64,000 nt of DNA, taken from NCBI GenBank assembly GCA_016282375.1, contig JAEEKI010000012.1, forward strand, positions 6,254 through 70,253, written 5' to 3'. This document shows, piece after piece, positions 28,676-38,542 of the stretch. Each line of letters opens with the position of its first letter. Position 1 is the first letter of the stretch. Source of the DNA: Bacillales bacterium (GTDB lineage Bacteria > Bacillota_I > Bacilli_A > RF39 > UBA660). Made by a program: the position numbers and the translations under genes. The notes below the pieces were generated by a model, which was given only the letters and a program-made list of their open reading frames with translations, had not been told where the DNA came from and did not search any database.

Positions 28676-30154
28676 TTACATTGCATATGCTACGATTGTT
28701 ACATAAATAACTAATACTAGTAACACAGAAAGCGCAAATAGCCAAATATACTTGAACCAAGATTTGTAATCTAATTTCAAATATGCTAAACCAAATAGTA
28801 ATAAACCACCAACTGGAACAAATACTTGAACCAATCCATAAGTAGTTACATAAATAGTATGAAGTAATGTAAAATCACTAGCAAATTTACCAGTAAGAAC
28901 ACTACTAACTAAATATGATGTATAACCTAAGTCAGCATGGAAAATAGATGATACTAAAGCAGTTATTAATGCAATGAATGGATTAAACTTCTTAGTTAAA
29001 CCAAATGCCCAATCAGAAATAGTTGCTACAAATGGTGTCATATAAGTTACAATAAATACCATATATGTAAGAGCATATAAAGTAACTGGTTTAATTAATT
29101 TAGTCATTCCTTCACCAAATGAATTCGCAAATTCGCTTGGTTTTAGTCTACCAATTACTGCTGCTAAGATGGATGCAATTATTAAAATAACTATCATATG
29201 GCTGATTTCCATCATACCAAATGCAACCGAAGCAGTTCCAAGAATATACTTAAATAAAGTAAAGTCTTTACCAATTGGAAGTTCAGTTAACCAAGTGTGG
29301 AATCTATCAAAAGCATCAAGGCCCCAGTTAGCATTCCAACTAATGTATCCTAAAATGATGAAGATAAATAAAAGTGCAAAAATGACAATAGTTGGCCAAG
29401 TTTTAACTTTTCCTTTAGCTTCTTCAACTTCATATGGATCATCAGTTACTTCAGCAACCTTATTCTTGGCTTTTTTCATTTTTAAAATGCGCCAAATATT
29501 ATAGCTAACAAACAAAACAAGAATAATTAAGCCTAAGATTAAACGATGAATAATACCAACCGTAATCTCAGAACTAGCATAGTTATTAAACCAATATATG
29601 CCTTCTGTTCCATAAGTCGCAGATATTGAACCAACAAGTAATGAACCAAATGTAATACCCATTGTTGTAATTTTATCAAATTTAGCATTTAATAAAACAC
29701 TAATTAAAAATGGAATAAATACAAGTAAGACAAGTGTACTCTTAATTATTGACGTTAAAGTAATTAATAAGATCATTAATACAATTGCTACTGGTAATTG
29801 CTTGTTGCTTACAAATTTAGCAAACTTATTTACAAGAGCTTTGTAACCTTTAGTTTTAGTTAATACACCATAGAACCCACCTATTACTAAGAAGTATAAA
29901 ACTGTTGTTAAGCAAAAATATACTGAATAGTAAATAAGTTGTGGAATATCGGTTAATCCAAGACGATTCATTCCATATTCATAGAATTCTCCGCTTTGAA
30001 AAGAACCATATGGTAATACCCATGTGAAACAAAAAGCAATGAAAATAAAAATGCCAATCCATTTAAATAAATCGTTACCTTTTGACTTGCATGTAAATAT
30101 TGCCATAACAAGTGCAAGAACTAATACTACAATAATTCCAATAACCTTTCCCAT
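28676..30154 (-). CDS. Polytopic transporter, YfcC/DcuC-like (ion transporter superfamily)
   Basis: 492 aa, at least 10 TM helices. YFLVIGGFYGVLTKTKGYKALVNKFA resembles the YfcC motif FMLVIGGAFG... Confidence 0.55.
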   Translation of the reverse strand: MGKVIGIIVVLVLALVMAIFTCKSKGNDLFKWIGIFIFIAFCFTWVLPYGSFQSGEFYEYGMNRLGLTDIPQLIYYSVYFCLTTVLYFLVIGGFYGVLTKTKGYKALVNKFAKFVSNKQLPVAIVLMILLITLTSIIKSTLVLLVFIPFLISVLLNAKFDKITTMGITFGSLLVGSISATYGTEGIYWFNNYASSEITVGIIHRLILGLIILVLFVSYNIWRILKMKKAKNKVAEVTDDPYEVEEAKGKVKTWPTIVIFALLFIFIILGYISWNANWGLDAFDRFHTWLTELPIGKDFTLFKYILGTASVAFGMMEISHMIVILIIASILAAVIGRLKPSEFANSFGEGMTKLIKPVTLYALTYMVFIVTYMTPFVATISDWAFGLTKKFNPFIALITALVSSIFHADLGYTSYLVSSVLTGKFASDFTLLHTIYVTTYGLVQVFVPVGGLLLFGLAYLKLDYKSWFKYIWLFALSVLLVLVIYVTIVAYAM

Positions 30155-30220
30155 AATTTACCTCCTTATTCAAATTATAGCACTACTGCAAATAAAAAAA
30201 AAGCAAAAATGCTTTTTTCA

Positions 30221-31708
30221 TTATTTATTATTATTCTTCATCGTTGGAAATAAAATAACTTCACGAATCGTTTCTTGCTCGGTAAACAACATACAAAGCC
30301 TATCAATACCGTATCCAATTCCTCCAGCCGGTGGCATACCATACTCTAAAGCTTCAACAAAATCCATATCGATATCATTGGCTTCATCATTACCTAATTC
30401 TCTTTCTTTAAGTTGTTCTTCAAAACGAGCTAATTGATCAATTGGATCATTTAATTCAGTATAGGCATTAGCAAATTCCTTACCACCAATAAACAATTCA
30501 AAACGATCAACAAAACGTGGATCATCAGGATTTTTCTTCGTAAGCGGAGATATCTCTACTGGATGACCATATAAGAAAGTTGGTTGAATTAAAGTATCTT
30601 CAACAAATTTCTCAAAGAAAAGATTAATAATGTGACCAACTGTCTTTTCGTGTTCTTCTGGATAAATATCGTGCTCATTAGCTAAACGAATTGCTTCATC
30701 AATAGACATTTCTTTCTTAAAATCAATTCCTGTTTGTTCCTTAATGGCATCAACCATACTAATCCGTTTCCATGGTCCTTCTAAACTAATTTCATTACCA
30801 CACCAATTATATACCATCTTTTTCGTTACATTTTTAGCAATCGTGGTAAACATCTTTTCCGTTAAATCCATCATACCTTCTAAATCAGAATAAGCAAGAT
30901 AAGCTTCCATTAAAGTAAACTCTGGATTATGTTTTGGATCCATACCCTCATTTCTAAATACACGACCTATTTCATAAACTGCTTCCATACCACCTACTAG
31001 TAATCTTTTTAAAGGTAGTTCTAAAGCAATTCTTAAATACATGTCCATATCTTGGGTATTGTGATGGGTCACAAAAGGTCTAGCAGAAGCACCAGTTAAA
31101 AGAGTTGTTAAAATTGGTGTCTCAACTTCTGTAAATCCCTCTTTATCCATAAAGTTTTGAATACAACGAATAATCTTAGGACGCATAAAAGCAATATTAC
31201 GAGAATCATCATTCATAATTAAATCCACGTAACGACGACGATATCTCTCTTCTGTATCAGTTAAACCATGAAATTTTTCAGGAAGAGGACGTAGCGCTTT
31301 AACAAGATGTGTATATTCTAAACATTTAATGGTTACCTCACCGGTTTGTGTCTTCATTATTTTACCCTTAACTCCAACAATATCACCAATATCAGCACTC
31401 TTAAATAAAGTATACACTTCTTCGCCTACATCATTAATAGAAATGTAAATTTGAATTTTATCGGTTTTATCCTTAATCGTAAAAAATGATGCTTTACCCA
31501 TTTTTCGAATAAACATTATTCTTCCTGCTACACATGCTGTATCATTCATGTTTTCAAAAGCATCATGCTCTACGTCTTGATATTTCATTTTGATGTCTCT
31601 AGCAAAAGCTGTTCTTTCAAAACGATGACCAAAAGGATCAATTCCCATTTGGCGAATGTTTTCACACTTTTCACGACGTATTACTTCTTGTTCTGTTAAT
31701 TCCCTCAT
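30221..31708 (-). CDS. lysS: Lysyl-tRNA synthetase, class II
   Basis: OB anticodon-binding domain, class II motifs (FRNEGMDPKHNPEFT, GGIGYGIDRL). Start set at ATG 31708 after AGGTGA. Confidence 0.95.
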   Translation of the reverse strand: MRELTEQEVIRREKCENIRQMGIDPFGHRFERTAFARDIKMKYQDVEHDAFENMNDTACVAGRIMFIRKMGKASFFTIKDKTDKIQIYISINDVGEEVYTLFKSADIGDIVGVKGKIMKTQTGEVTIKCLEYTHLVKALRPLPEKFHGLTDTEERYRRRYVDLIMNDDSRNIAFMRPKIIRCIQNFMDKEGFTEVETPILTTLLTGASARPFVTHHNTQDMDMYLRIALELPLKRLLVGGMEAVYEIGRVFRNEGMDPKHNPEFTLMEAYLAYSDLEGMMDLTEKMFTTIAKNVTKKMVYNWCGNEISLEGPWKRISMVDAIKEQTGIDFKKEMSIDEAIRLANEHDIYPEEHEKTVGHIINLFFEKFVEDTLIQPTFLYGHPVEISPLTKKNPDDPRFVDRFELFIGGKEFANAYTELNDPIDQLARFEEQLKERELGNDEANDIDMDFVEALEYGMPPAGGIGYGIDRLCMLFTEQETIREVILFPTMKNNNK

Positions 31709-31776
31709 TTTTCTCACCTGCCTATAGTTTATCACAAAAAAAAACTATTAGGAATACCTAATAGCCTTTAATTATA

Positions 31777-32325
31777 CTATATTCTTTGTAATTTAGTCTT
31801 TTTCTTTGTAGCGAAGTATACACCAACAGCAAGTACTGCACCACCAGCAATGATAGCATATGGAATGCTTACACCAGTTTCAGGAACAATCTTGCCTTCA
31901 GCACCTTTGTAAGTGTATTTGATAGTACAATCCTCATCAGGAGCATTCTTATTAACAACTACAGTGATTGTACCAACTTGGATTTCAGAACCCTTACCAG
32001 GATCAGCCTCAGATGCCGTAAAAGTACAAGCAGCACCGGCAGCAGCATTAGTTTGAGAAGCAGTAAATTTACCTGCATCGCCACAAGTGAAAGATTTAAT
32101 AGCAGGTCCGTAACTAAATGTAATTTCAACCTTTGTGAAATCAGCAGTAGCTTCACTTCCAGTATTGTTTAATGAAACAGGATAATAATAAGTCATTGTC
32201 CCATCGCCATTATCAACTTTCTTTGATGGTTCACTAGGTAAATATGCAGCACTCGCAGCAAAAGTATCTAATGGATACATAAGAAGCACTCCCAATACTA
32301 ACAATAATGCTAAGACTTTCTTCAT
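31777..32325 (-). CDS. Small surface protein with a sortase-type sorting signal (VPETG)
   Basis: Signal peptide MKKVLALLLVLGVLLMYPLDTFA. C-terminus KIVPETG-VSIPYAIIAGGAVLAVGVYFA-TKKKTKLQRI, i.e. motif, hydrophobic helix, basic tail. Start at ATG 32325 after GGAGAG. Confidence 0.7.
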   Translation of the reverse strand: MKKVLALLLVLGVLLMYPLDTFAASAAYLPSEPSKKVDNGDGTMTYYYPVSLNNTGSEATADFTKVEITFSYGPAIKSFTCGDAGKFTASQTNAAAGAACTFTASEADPGKGSEIQVGTITVVVNKNAPDEDCTIKYTYKGAEGKIVPETGVSIPYAIIAGGAVLAVGVYFATKKKTKLQRI

Positions 32326-32456
32326 AATCAACACTCTCCTATCTTTATTATGTCTTAATTATATCATAAAATTCTAAAAATCAATATGTTTTTTAAAAAA
32401 AAGTATTAATTGGTGTAAAGGTGTGTTATCATATTAATATAAGATGGTGGTTGAAA

Positions 32457-34016
32457 GTGAAAATCCTTGTAAAAATTAAAGATGATAAACTTTCATTTTT
32501 AAACAAGAAAAAGTTAAATGTTGAATATAAAAATATGTTAAATACTAATGTTATCAGCAATGATGAATTAGTTTTTAGTGATGAGTATATCCAAAAGAAT
32601 TATAAAATTCTTTCGGCTTTTTTTAGTGAATTAACTAACACTTATAATATTAACGTTTTGTCTTTTCAAACCATGGAAGTTGCTCTATTAATAATGCCTA
32701 TTTTTAATAAGATAAAAAATATTAATGCTATTTATTTTGATTCTGATGAAGTACTCCCCTATAAAGTATGTGAAAAGTTATTAAAATGTAATAATATTAC
32801 CTATATTAGTGCGGGATATATTCCTCAATATATGTTTGAATTACTAGACAAATATGATATTATTCCAGAATCACGAAATGAAATACTATATACTTCAGGT
32901 TTTATGGAACTTAACGGACTATCAACCTATTCTACTTTGTTTTATAAATATAGTGTTTTGTTAGATAGTCCTATCACAAACGAAGATTTAAATGACTTTA
33001 CAACTTTTTGTAAGATTAACAAATATCTTAAAAATGTCCATATTAATAAGCCAACTAAAATTAATCTAGAAAAGATTATCTTTATTCTTAAAGAATATCG
33101 CCATAAAAACATTCGAATCATTATTCATGGTGATACTATTGATGAAGAAGTAATTGAATATTTAAAAAAGTATAATAAATCTATTAAGAAAAAATATAAA
33201 ATATTAATTAAAATAAAATATAGTGAAAAATTTATCGAAGAAAATATTGTTAATGAAACCAATAATACTATTCTAAGAGCATGCGCACTCATTATGTTCT
33301 TCCTGGCTTTTGGATCAATTGGTATGGTCTTTATTGATAATTATAAATCCATCAAAGAAGTATCAAAAATTCAAAAGGCGATTGAAACATATATTGTCGC
33401 TTCGGATACCGAAGAAATAACTAAAGAATTACAAAAGCAAACCACTACACCTATTAAAAATAGTTATATAGCCGCTTTAATGAACATTAACTCAGATGCC
33501 GTTGGTTGGTTAAAAGTAAATAATACTAATATTGATTATGCAATTTTACAATCTGGCGATAATAGTTATTACCTAGAACACAATATTTATAAAGAAAAAG
33601 ATCCTAACGGATGGTTATTCTTAGATTATGAAAATAATGCAGACCGTGTAGATGATAATATTATTATATATGGACATAATCGTCTATTAAACGGAGTTAT
33701 GTTTGGAACACTAAATAAAGTATTATATAAAAGTTGGTACACCAATCCTGAAAATCAAATTATCAGATATGATACCCTTTATGGTTCATATGAATATCAA
33801 ATATTCTCTATCTATGTTATTCCAACCACAAATGATTATTTGAAAACAACTTATTTAAATGATGATGAAAAAATGGAATTCTTCAATCTTATTAAAAATC
33901 GTAGCATCTATAATTTTGATGTAGAATTAAACAATGATAGTCAAATTATTACTTTACAAACATGTCATGATGAAACAACAAAATTAGTTGTTCATGGTGT
34001 ATTAGTTAAAAGATAG
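32457..34016 (+). CDS. Class-B-sortase-like transpeptidase with a ~290-aa N-terminal cytoplasmic extension
   Basis: C-terminal domain NIDYAILQSGDNSYYLEHN...IIIYGHNRLLNGVMFGTL...IITLQTCHDETTK matches SrtB His and TxC motifs. TM helix ILRACALIMFFLAFGSIGMVFI precedes it. The start is uncertain: GTG 32457 after GGTGG, or the track start at 32421. Confidence 0.7.
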   Translation: MKILVKIKDDKLSFLNKKKLNVEYKNMLNTNVISNDELVFSDEYIQKNYKILSAFFSELTNTYNINVLSFQTMEVALLIMPIFNKIKNINAIYFDSDEVLPYKVCEKLLKCNNITYISAGYIPQYMFELLDKYDIIPESRNEILYTSGFMELNGLSTYSTLFYKYSVLLDSPITNEDLNDFTTFCKINKYLKNVHINKPTKINLEKIIFILKEYRHKNIRIIIHGDTIDEEVIEYLKKYNKSIKKKYKILIKIKYSEKFIEENIVNETNNTILRACALIMFFLAFGSIGMVFIDNYKSIKEVSKIQKAIETYIVASDTEEITKELQKQTTTPIKNSYIAALMNINSDAVGWLKVNNTNIDYAILQSGDNSYYLEHNIYKEKDPNGWLFLDYENNADRVDDNIIIYGHNRLLNGVMFGTLNKVLYKSWYTNPENQIIRYDTLYGSYEYQIFSIYVIPTTNDYLKTTYLNDDEKMEFFNLIKNRSIYNFDVELNNDSQIITLQTCHDETTKLVVHGVLVKR

Positions 34017-34043
34017 AAATTACAAAATTTCTATTTTTTTGTG

Positions 34044-34074
34044 AAAAAAAGTAGTGATTAAAAATCACTACTTT
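34044..34074. terminator. Hairpin terminator between convergent sortase and DUF4176 genes
   Basis: AAAAAAAGTAGTGAT-TAAAA-ATCACTACTTT: an 8-10 bp stem. The U-run is best on the minus strand. Confidence 0.65.
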
Positions 34075-34090
34075 CCAAATACTCAATTTA

Positions 34091-34390
34091 TTATTTAGGA
34101 GTTTCATTATTAACGGAACCAAATTGATTAATTAAATTATTAAGTTTTCCCTTAAATGTTGTTTCTTCTTCATCAACAAATCCCTTATAAAAGACTTTTT
34201 CAATTTGATTATGGTCAAACATACAAGTTTGATTTGATGCCATTAATCCTTCTGGATAAATGCATCCGCAGTAATCAAAAATCTTTCCTTCCTTACCTTT
34301 AGCCATCGCACAAAAGCCAATAATCATGACCCGTTTCTTTCCACCATTTAGTAAGACAACAGTACCAATCGGTAAAAATCTTTCTTCCAT
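34091..34390 (-). CDS. DUF4176-family small protein (commonly found in T7SSb loci)
   Basis: MEERFLPIGTVVLLNGGKKRVMIIGF...FDYCGCIYPEG fits the DUF4176 pattern (LPlGSvV.L...lmIigr...yDY.g..yPeG). Start at ATG 34390 after AAGGAGG. Confidence 0.7.
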   Translation of the reverse strand: MEERFLPIGTVVLLNGGKKRVMIIGFCAMAKGKEGKIFDYCGCIYPEGLMASNQTCMFDHNQIEKVFYKGFVDEEETTFKGKLNNLINQFGSVNNETPK

Positions 34391-34422
34391 AATTTCCTCC
34401 TTTATATTACTCTTAACAACCA

Positions 34423-36246
34423 TTATTGTTGGTTTTCTTTTTTAGATTCTTCTTTATCTTCTTCAGAATCTTTTTCATTTTTATATTTATTTATTCCATA
34501 TGCTGATGCTGTAGCTGCACCCAATGCAATTCCGCCAATACCAATTGGAGTATCATCAAACTCAGATGTCTTAATTTCCTCAGTTGTAGTGATTTCTTCC
34601 TTTGGCTCACTACCTACTATACCAGAAAGTGGTGTAATATTAACAGATTCAATTCCTTGATTAGAAACTGCATCTAGACTACCAGGAACAGTCGTATCTG
34701 GCATTACTGGAATCTTAACCGTTGTTGGTTTAAGATCAAATTCATAAATTGGTTCTGCAATTACTTCATTTGGATCTACATATTCTGGTTGAGAATCAAT
34801 TACTGGTTCAGGATATGTAATGGTACCGCCACCACCAGGTAAATAAATTTCATCACTATAATTATTTGAATATCCAGTCGGTGTAATATCAATACTCTCA
34901 GGGCCTGCATTAATCACAGTTACATTTGGATCGGTTAATTGCTCATCTTCAGGTGGTAATTCTTCACTAGCCTCTCCTGTTTCAGCCGGTGGAGTCAAAT
35001 CCTCTTGCTCATCTTCAGATGCTAAATCATCGATATCTTCAGGTTCGTCTGTTATAATTTCTGAATTACCTTCCTCAGGTGGAACAAATACATTTTCTTC
35101 ATCCGAAGAATTATTGTCTTCTTCTTCGTTATGACTATCTTCTAAAGAATCTTCTACAGGAGGACGCCCTGATTCTACCACTGTATAATTATAATTAACC
35201 GCATCAGTAATATGACTACCATTAGCCCCCGTCATACTCGTCAACTCACCAATAAATGTCGCACCAGTAACACCACCATAAGCAATTACACTTACTGTTG
35301 TACCCCAGTCTACTTGAGATGAACTTATTTGATCTAACACACTATGAATAGCATCTTCATTAGTTAAATCAACCCATACAGCTTGCATCTCACCTTGTTC
35401 AGTATTGGTATATATAATGCCTGTTGTATATCCTTCTTCATCATTATGAAGATCATTTAATATTGTTGATAATTGATCAACAACAGTTTGCGTATATTTT
35501 TCAGTTTCATTTGTATCTGGTAAAACTGGTTCTAATTCTATTACTGGTTCTATAACAGTATCAACACTTGGTGTATAACTACCAGAATCACCACCAAAAG
35601 AACCATTATCTATATATCCATTATCACTGGTAATTGGTAACTCTACTCCACTATCACCAATAATTGGTAAAATTGGAGCAATAACTGGCTCAGTGGATGG
35701 ACTAGAATTATCAACAGTAACATAAGGATTTTCTCCAACATAACCACTAGGATAAGCTCCTTGATCATCCGAAGGCGCTGGTGGAAAACCAGTACCATCA
35801 AAACCTTCATTAGAACTCTCATAGTATGGCATTCCATAATATTCGCTAAGCCATCCAACTTCTCTTAGTATCATTTTTGCATAGTCGTCTAGGTCAGCTG
35901 CTGTTTTACGATACTCAGTCAATTGATCAGAAATACCAGTTTCACTATTTTTTAACAATTTTAGAGGTCCTTTTTTAACTCTTTCATAAAAATTAGGTGT
36001 TATCTCATCTAATAATTCATCGTATTCATTAGCATTGTAGTTACATGACTCTAGAGACTCAGCCATTTTCTCTAAATAGGTGCAAAACTGCATAAATTTT
36101 TCTTTATCCATTGATAAAGATGAACCACCACCACCAAAAGTAATCGAATTGCCACTAACACTTGGATAACTGTTAGCATCAAGTGCAAACGGATTACTCA
36201 CAGTGGAATCAGCTACAGCCGATGAAGAATTGTCAATATCTGTCAT
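34423..36246 (-). CDS. Orphan 607-aa protein: helical N-domain, long acidic Pro/Glu/Asp-rich region, C-terminal tail-anchor TM
   Basis: AAGGAGG SD. C-terminus PIGIGGIALGAATASAYGI followed by a K/E-rich tail. No family recognised. Lies in the T7SS-like operon. Confidence 0.7.
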   Translation of the reverse strand: MTDIDNSSSAVADSTVSNPFALDANSYPSVSGNSITFGGGGSSLSMDKEKFMQFCTYLEKMAESLESCNYNANEYDELLDEITPNFYERVKKGPLKLLKNSETGISDQLTEYRKTAADLDDYAKMILREVGWLSEYYGMPYYESSNEGFDGTGFPPAPSDDQGAYPSGYVGENPYVTVDNSSPSTEPVIAPILPIIGDSGVELPITSDNGYIDNGSFGGDSGSYTPSVDTVIEPVIELEPVLPDTNETEKYTQTVVDQLSTILNDLHNDEEGYTTGIIYTNTEQGEMQAVWVDLTNEDAIHSVLDQISSSQVDWGTTVSVIAYGGVTGATFIGELTSMTGANGSHITDAVNYNYTVVESGRPPVEDSLEDSHNEEEDNNSSDEENVFVPPEEGNSEIITDEPEDIDDLASEDEQEDLTPPAETGEASEELPPEDEQLTDPNVTVINAGPESIDITPTGYSNNYSDEIYLPGGGGTITYPEPVIDSQPEYVDPNEVIAEPIYEFDLKPTTVKIPVMPDTTVPGSLDAVSNQGIESVNITPLSGIVGSEPKEEITTTEEIKTSEFDDTPIGIGGIALGAATASAYGINKYKNEKDSEEDKEESKKENQQ

Positions 36247-36258
36247 TTTTACCTCCTT

Positions 36259-37800
36259 TTATTTTTTTGTTTTAATAGAAGTTCTATTACTTGTCAAATT
36301 ATCAGTTGAAATAAATACTGATCGATCTTCAGAACTATCAATACTTAAAGTACCTGCAACAGTATCAACTGCATAATATCCATCAACAGTACCATCATAT
36401 ACTAAATAGCATCCATTCGAACCACCCTTTATTGTCGTGTTAAATGCACTATAAGGTTTATCATATACGACCTCTGTTCCTGGAGCTATATAAATTATTT
36501 TTGGCAATTTTTCTTGACCAATACTTACTTTATCCCAATGAATTTCACTTTGAGCTGTTGCATTGCTTCGCAAGAAATTAGTATCATATACCCGATGTTC
36601 ATTATCACGATATTTGGCAAAAACAGTATCCGCCCAACCAACATTTTTGTTATTTTTAACATCACACGCTGTTGATCCGACACTATCAAAAGGAAAATCA
36701 GTAGCATATGTAACACTATAAGAATTTCCACTATAACAATATGTTTGAAGGAATTCCTCTCGACCAGGAATGTCTGTACCTCCATTACCATCATAAACTA
36801 CACGAGGAGCTAATGTACCACTACTATTCAAATAAAAAACTTGATCATATGGACTAGTTCCCTTTGTAAAATACATTGTACCGCGCGCATCTCGCATTAA
36901 GAAATAACAAGTCTCGCCATTTATAACCACTTGTGTACCACATGTAATGGTCTTTGGAGAATAAGTAAAATATTCTTCATAATTATCATAGTATGCCAAA
37001 TCAGCAGAACCTGCATTTTTTCTTCTTGTAAATTCACTTCTAGTCATTAAATTAGAGAATGCTTTATATGTGGCATCATCGTATTTATGGCTACTTGGTT
37101 TAACATTTTCACCATTGATACCCGCATTATTATCATAACTAGGTACATAATTGTCAGCTTGAAGGCGGCAAATACAATAGTCAACACCATATACACCATT
37201 TTGGTAGCCATAAGCAATATTATAATTTGGATATGGACAATTATTGGAATATTTTAAATATTTTGAAGATTCATTAAAATAAATAGAACCTACTCCGCCT
37301 TCAGGATCGGTTTTCTTAGCAATTCGAATCATTCCATCGCTTGTACGCTCAAAATCGGTATATCCATCAGATCTTAAGTTATCCTCCACAACAGAGCAAA
37401 ACTTTTTAAAATATTTATCGTACCAATCTTCTAAATCTTCTTTAACTTCTTTATCAAACATATCTAGTTTAGTTTCATCTAACGGCTGATTTGTCTGAAG
37501 AGTTAAATCAAAATTAGAACCAGTACCATTCAATTTAGAACGCAAATCATATAAATAATCTGCAAATGGGTTTCGACCATTAACTAACAAAGATTCTTCA
37601 CATATGTTAATACAACTGTCAAGATACTCAATTGCTTCATATAAACTATTTTTAGCTTTTGATTCAACATCCCAAGCAGTATTAGCCAATTGATTATGCG
37701 CTACATATTTGTCTTTTTCCAAGATATAAAATGGACGTTCCGTCGAAGACTGTGCTGCATCTTTCAATTGAATCAACGTCATACTGTCGTATCTACTCAC
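36259..37800 (-). CDS. Orphan 513-aa soluble protein (helical N-terminal ~150 aa plus unknown C-domain)
   Basis: GTG start 37800 after AAGGGTGA. No TM segments. First gene after the esx-pair terminator hairpin. Confidence 0.7.
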   Translation of the reverse strand: MSRYDSMTLIQLKDAAQSSTERPFYILEKDKYVAHNQLANTAWDVESKAKNSLYEAIEYLDSCINICEESLLVNGRNPFADYLYDLRSKLNGTGSNFDLTLQTNQPLDETKLDMFDKEVKEDLEDWYDKYFKKFCSVVEDNLRSDGYTDFERTSDGMIRIAKKTDPEGGVGSIYFNESSKYLKYSNNCPYPNYNIAYGYQNGVYGVDYCICRLQADNYVPSYDNNAGINGENVKPSSHKYDDATYKAFSNLMTRSEFTRRKNAGSADLAYYDNYEEYFTYSPKTITCGTQVVINGETCYFLMRDARGTMYFTKGTSPYDQVFYLNSSGTLAPRVVYDGNGGTDIPGREEFLQTYCYSGNSYSVTYATDFPFDSVGSTACDVKNNKNVGWADTVFAKYRDNEHRVYDTNFLRSNATAQSEIHWDKVSIGQEKLPKIIYIAPGTEVVYDKPYSAFNTTIKGGSNGCYLVYDGTVDGYYAVDTVAGTLSIDSSEDRSVFISTDNLTSNRTSIKTKK

Positions 37801-37816
37801 TTTTTATCACCCTTTC

Positions 37817-37871
37817 TAAAAAGTATATTGTAAATAAAGAACATATTGCATTTCTTTACTTACAATATACT
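37817..37871 (-). terminator. Strong hairpin (20-bp stem) plus U-run between the WXG100 pair and downstream genes
   Basis: Minus strand AGTATATTGTAAGTAAAGAA-ATGCAATATG-TTCTTTATTTACAATATACT-TTTTT, with one G-U pair. A second small hairpin TGCATAGAAATATGCA lies just upstream. Confidence 0.7.
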
Positions 37872-37914
37872 GCATATTTCTATGCAATATATTTTTTTAC
37901 AATTAAACCAACAT

Positions 37915-38220
37915 CTATGGATTTGTTGGTGTAGCATTGGCCATTTCTTGTTGAGCCTTTTTAAATTCGTTATTAGCATATTCAATTTGATCTTGAACAG
38001 TAAGAACGTGTCCAAGTTGACTTCTAAAACTATCAGTAAAATTGTACCAAGCTCTTATAAAGCCTTCTGCTGCAGCTCCAGTCCATTCACCAGATGTTCC
38101 GATTTTACCTTCAATATCAGCTGTTAAACGATTAAAATCTTCAGTCATTTTATCAGCTAAATCAAGAACATTTCTAGCTTTCTCTGTAGCAGCCGCATAA
38201 TTTATATACTCTCTATCCAT
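37915..38220 (-). CDS. WXG100-family protein (EsxB-like partner)
   Basis: 101 aa helical hairpin with a central W-x-G (SGEWTGAAAEGF). GGAAGGAG SD. Confidence 0.8.
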   Translation of the reverse strand: MDREYINYAAATEKARNVLDLADKMTEDFNRLTADIEGKIGTSGEWTGAAAEGFIRAWYNFTDSFRSQLGHVLTVQDQIEYANNEFKKAQQEMANATPTNP

Positions 38221-38241
38221 TATATTTATCTCCTTCCATTA

Positions 38242-38529
38242 TTACATATAGTTTTCAATATTTCTTGTCGTATCATCACCAATATCTGCAACAATACCAA
38301 GAGATTTTCCATAAGTAGATAATTCACCAGCAAATCCCTCAATACTTGCCTTATTAGTATAATAAGAGTTTTTGAAAGCATTATAAGTTCTACCATTCCA
38401 ATCGCTTTCTAAACCATTTACAAGACCTGTTAATTCCTCAATTTTTGCTAAATATTGCTCAGCAGCATCATAAATATCCTGAGCAGTATTACGAATTTTT
38501 TCTGTTACATAACTAATGTTATCGCTCAT
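38242..38529 (-). CDS. WXG100-family protein (EsxA-like)
   Basis: 95 aa with a central W-x-G (ESDWNGRTYNAF). GGGAGGTG SD. Directly downstream of esaB/essC. Confidence 0.85.
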   Translation of the reverse strand: MSDNISYVTEKIRNTAQDIYDAAEQYLAKIEELTGLVNGLESDWNGRTYNAFKNSYYTNKASIEGFAGELSTYGKSLGIVADIGDDTTRNIENYM

Positions 38530-38542
38530 TCTTTCACCTCCC

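Noticed and set aside
31959-32172. Nested 65-aa (-) and 64-aa (+) ORFs in the VPETG-protein gene
   Set aside because: They are nested in an ORF that has a signal peptide and a sorting signal, and they have no SD. The same applies to 35643-35858, 36525-36794, 37731-38127 and 44395-44949 within or around the T7SS-locus genes.
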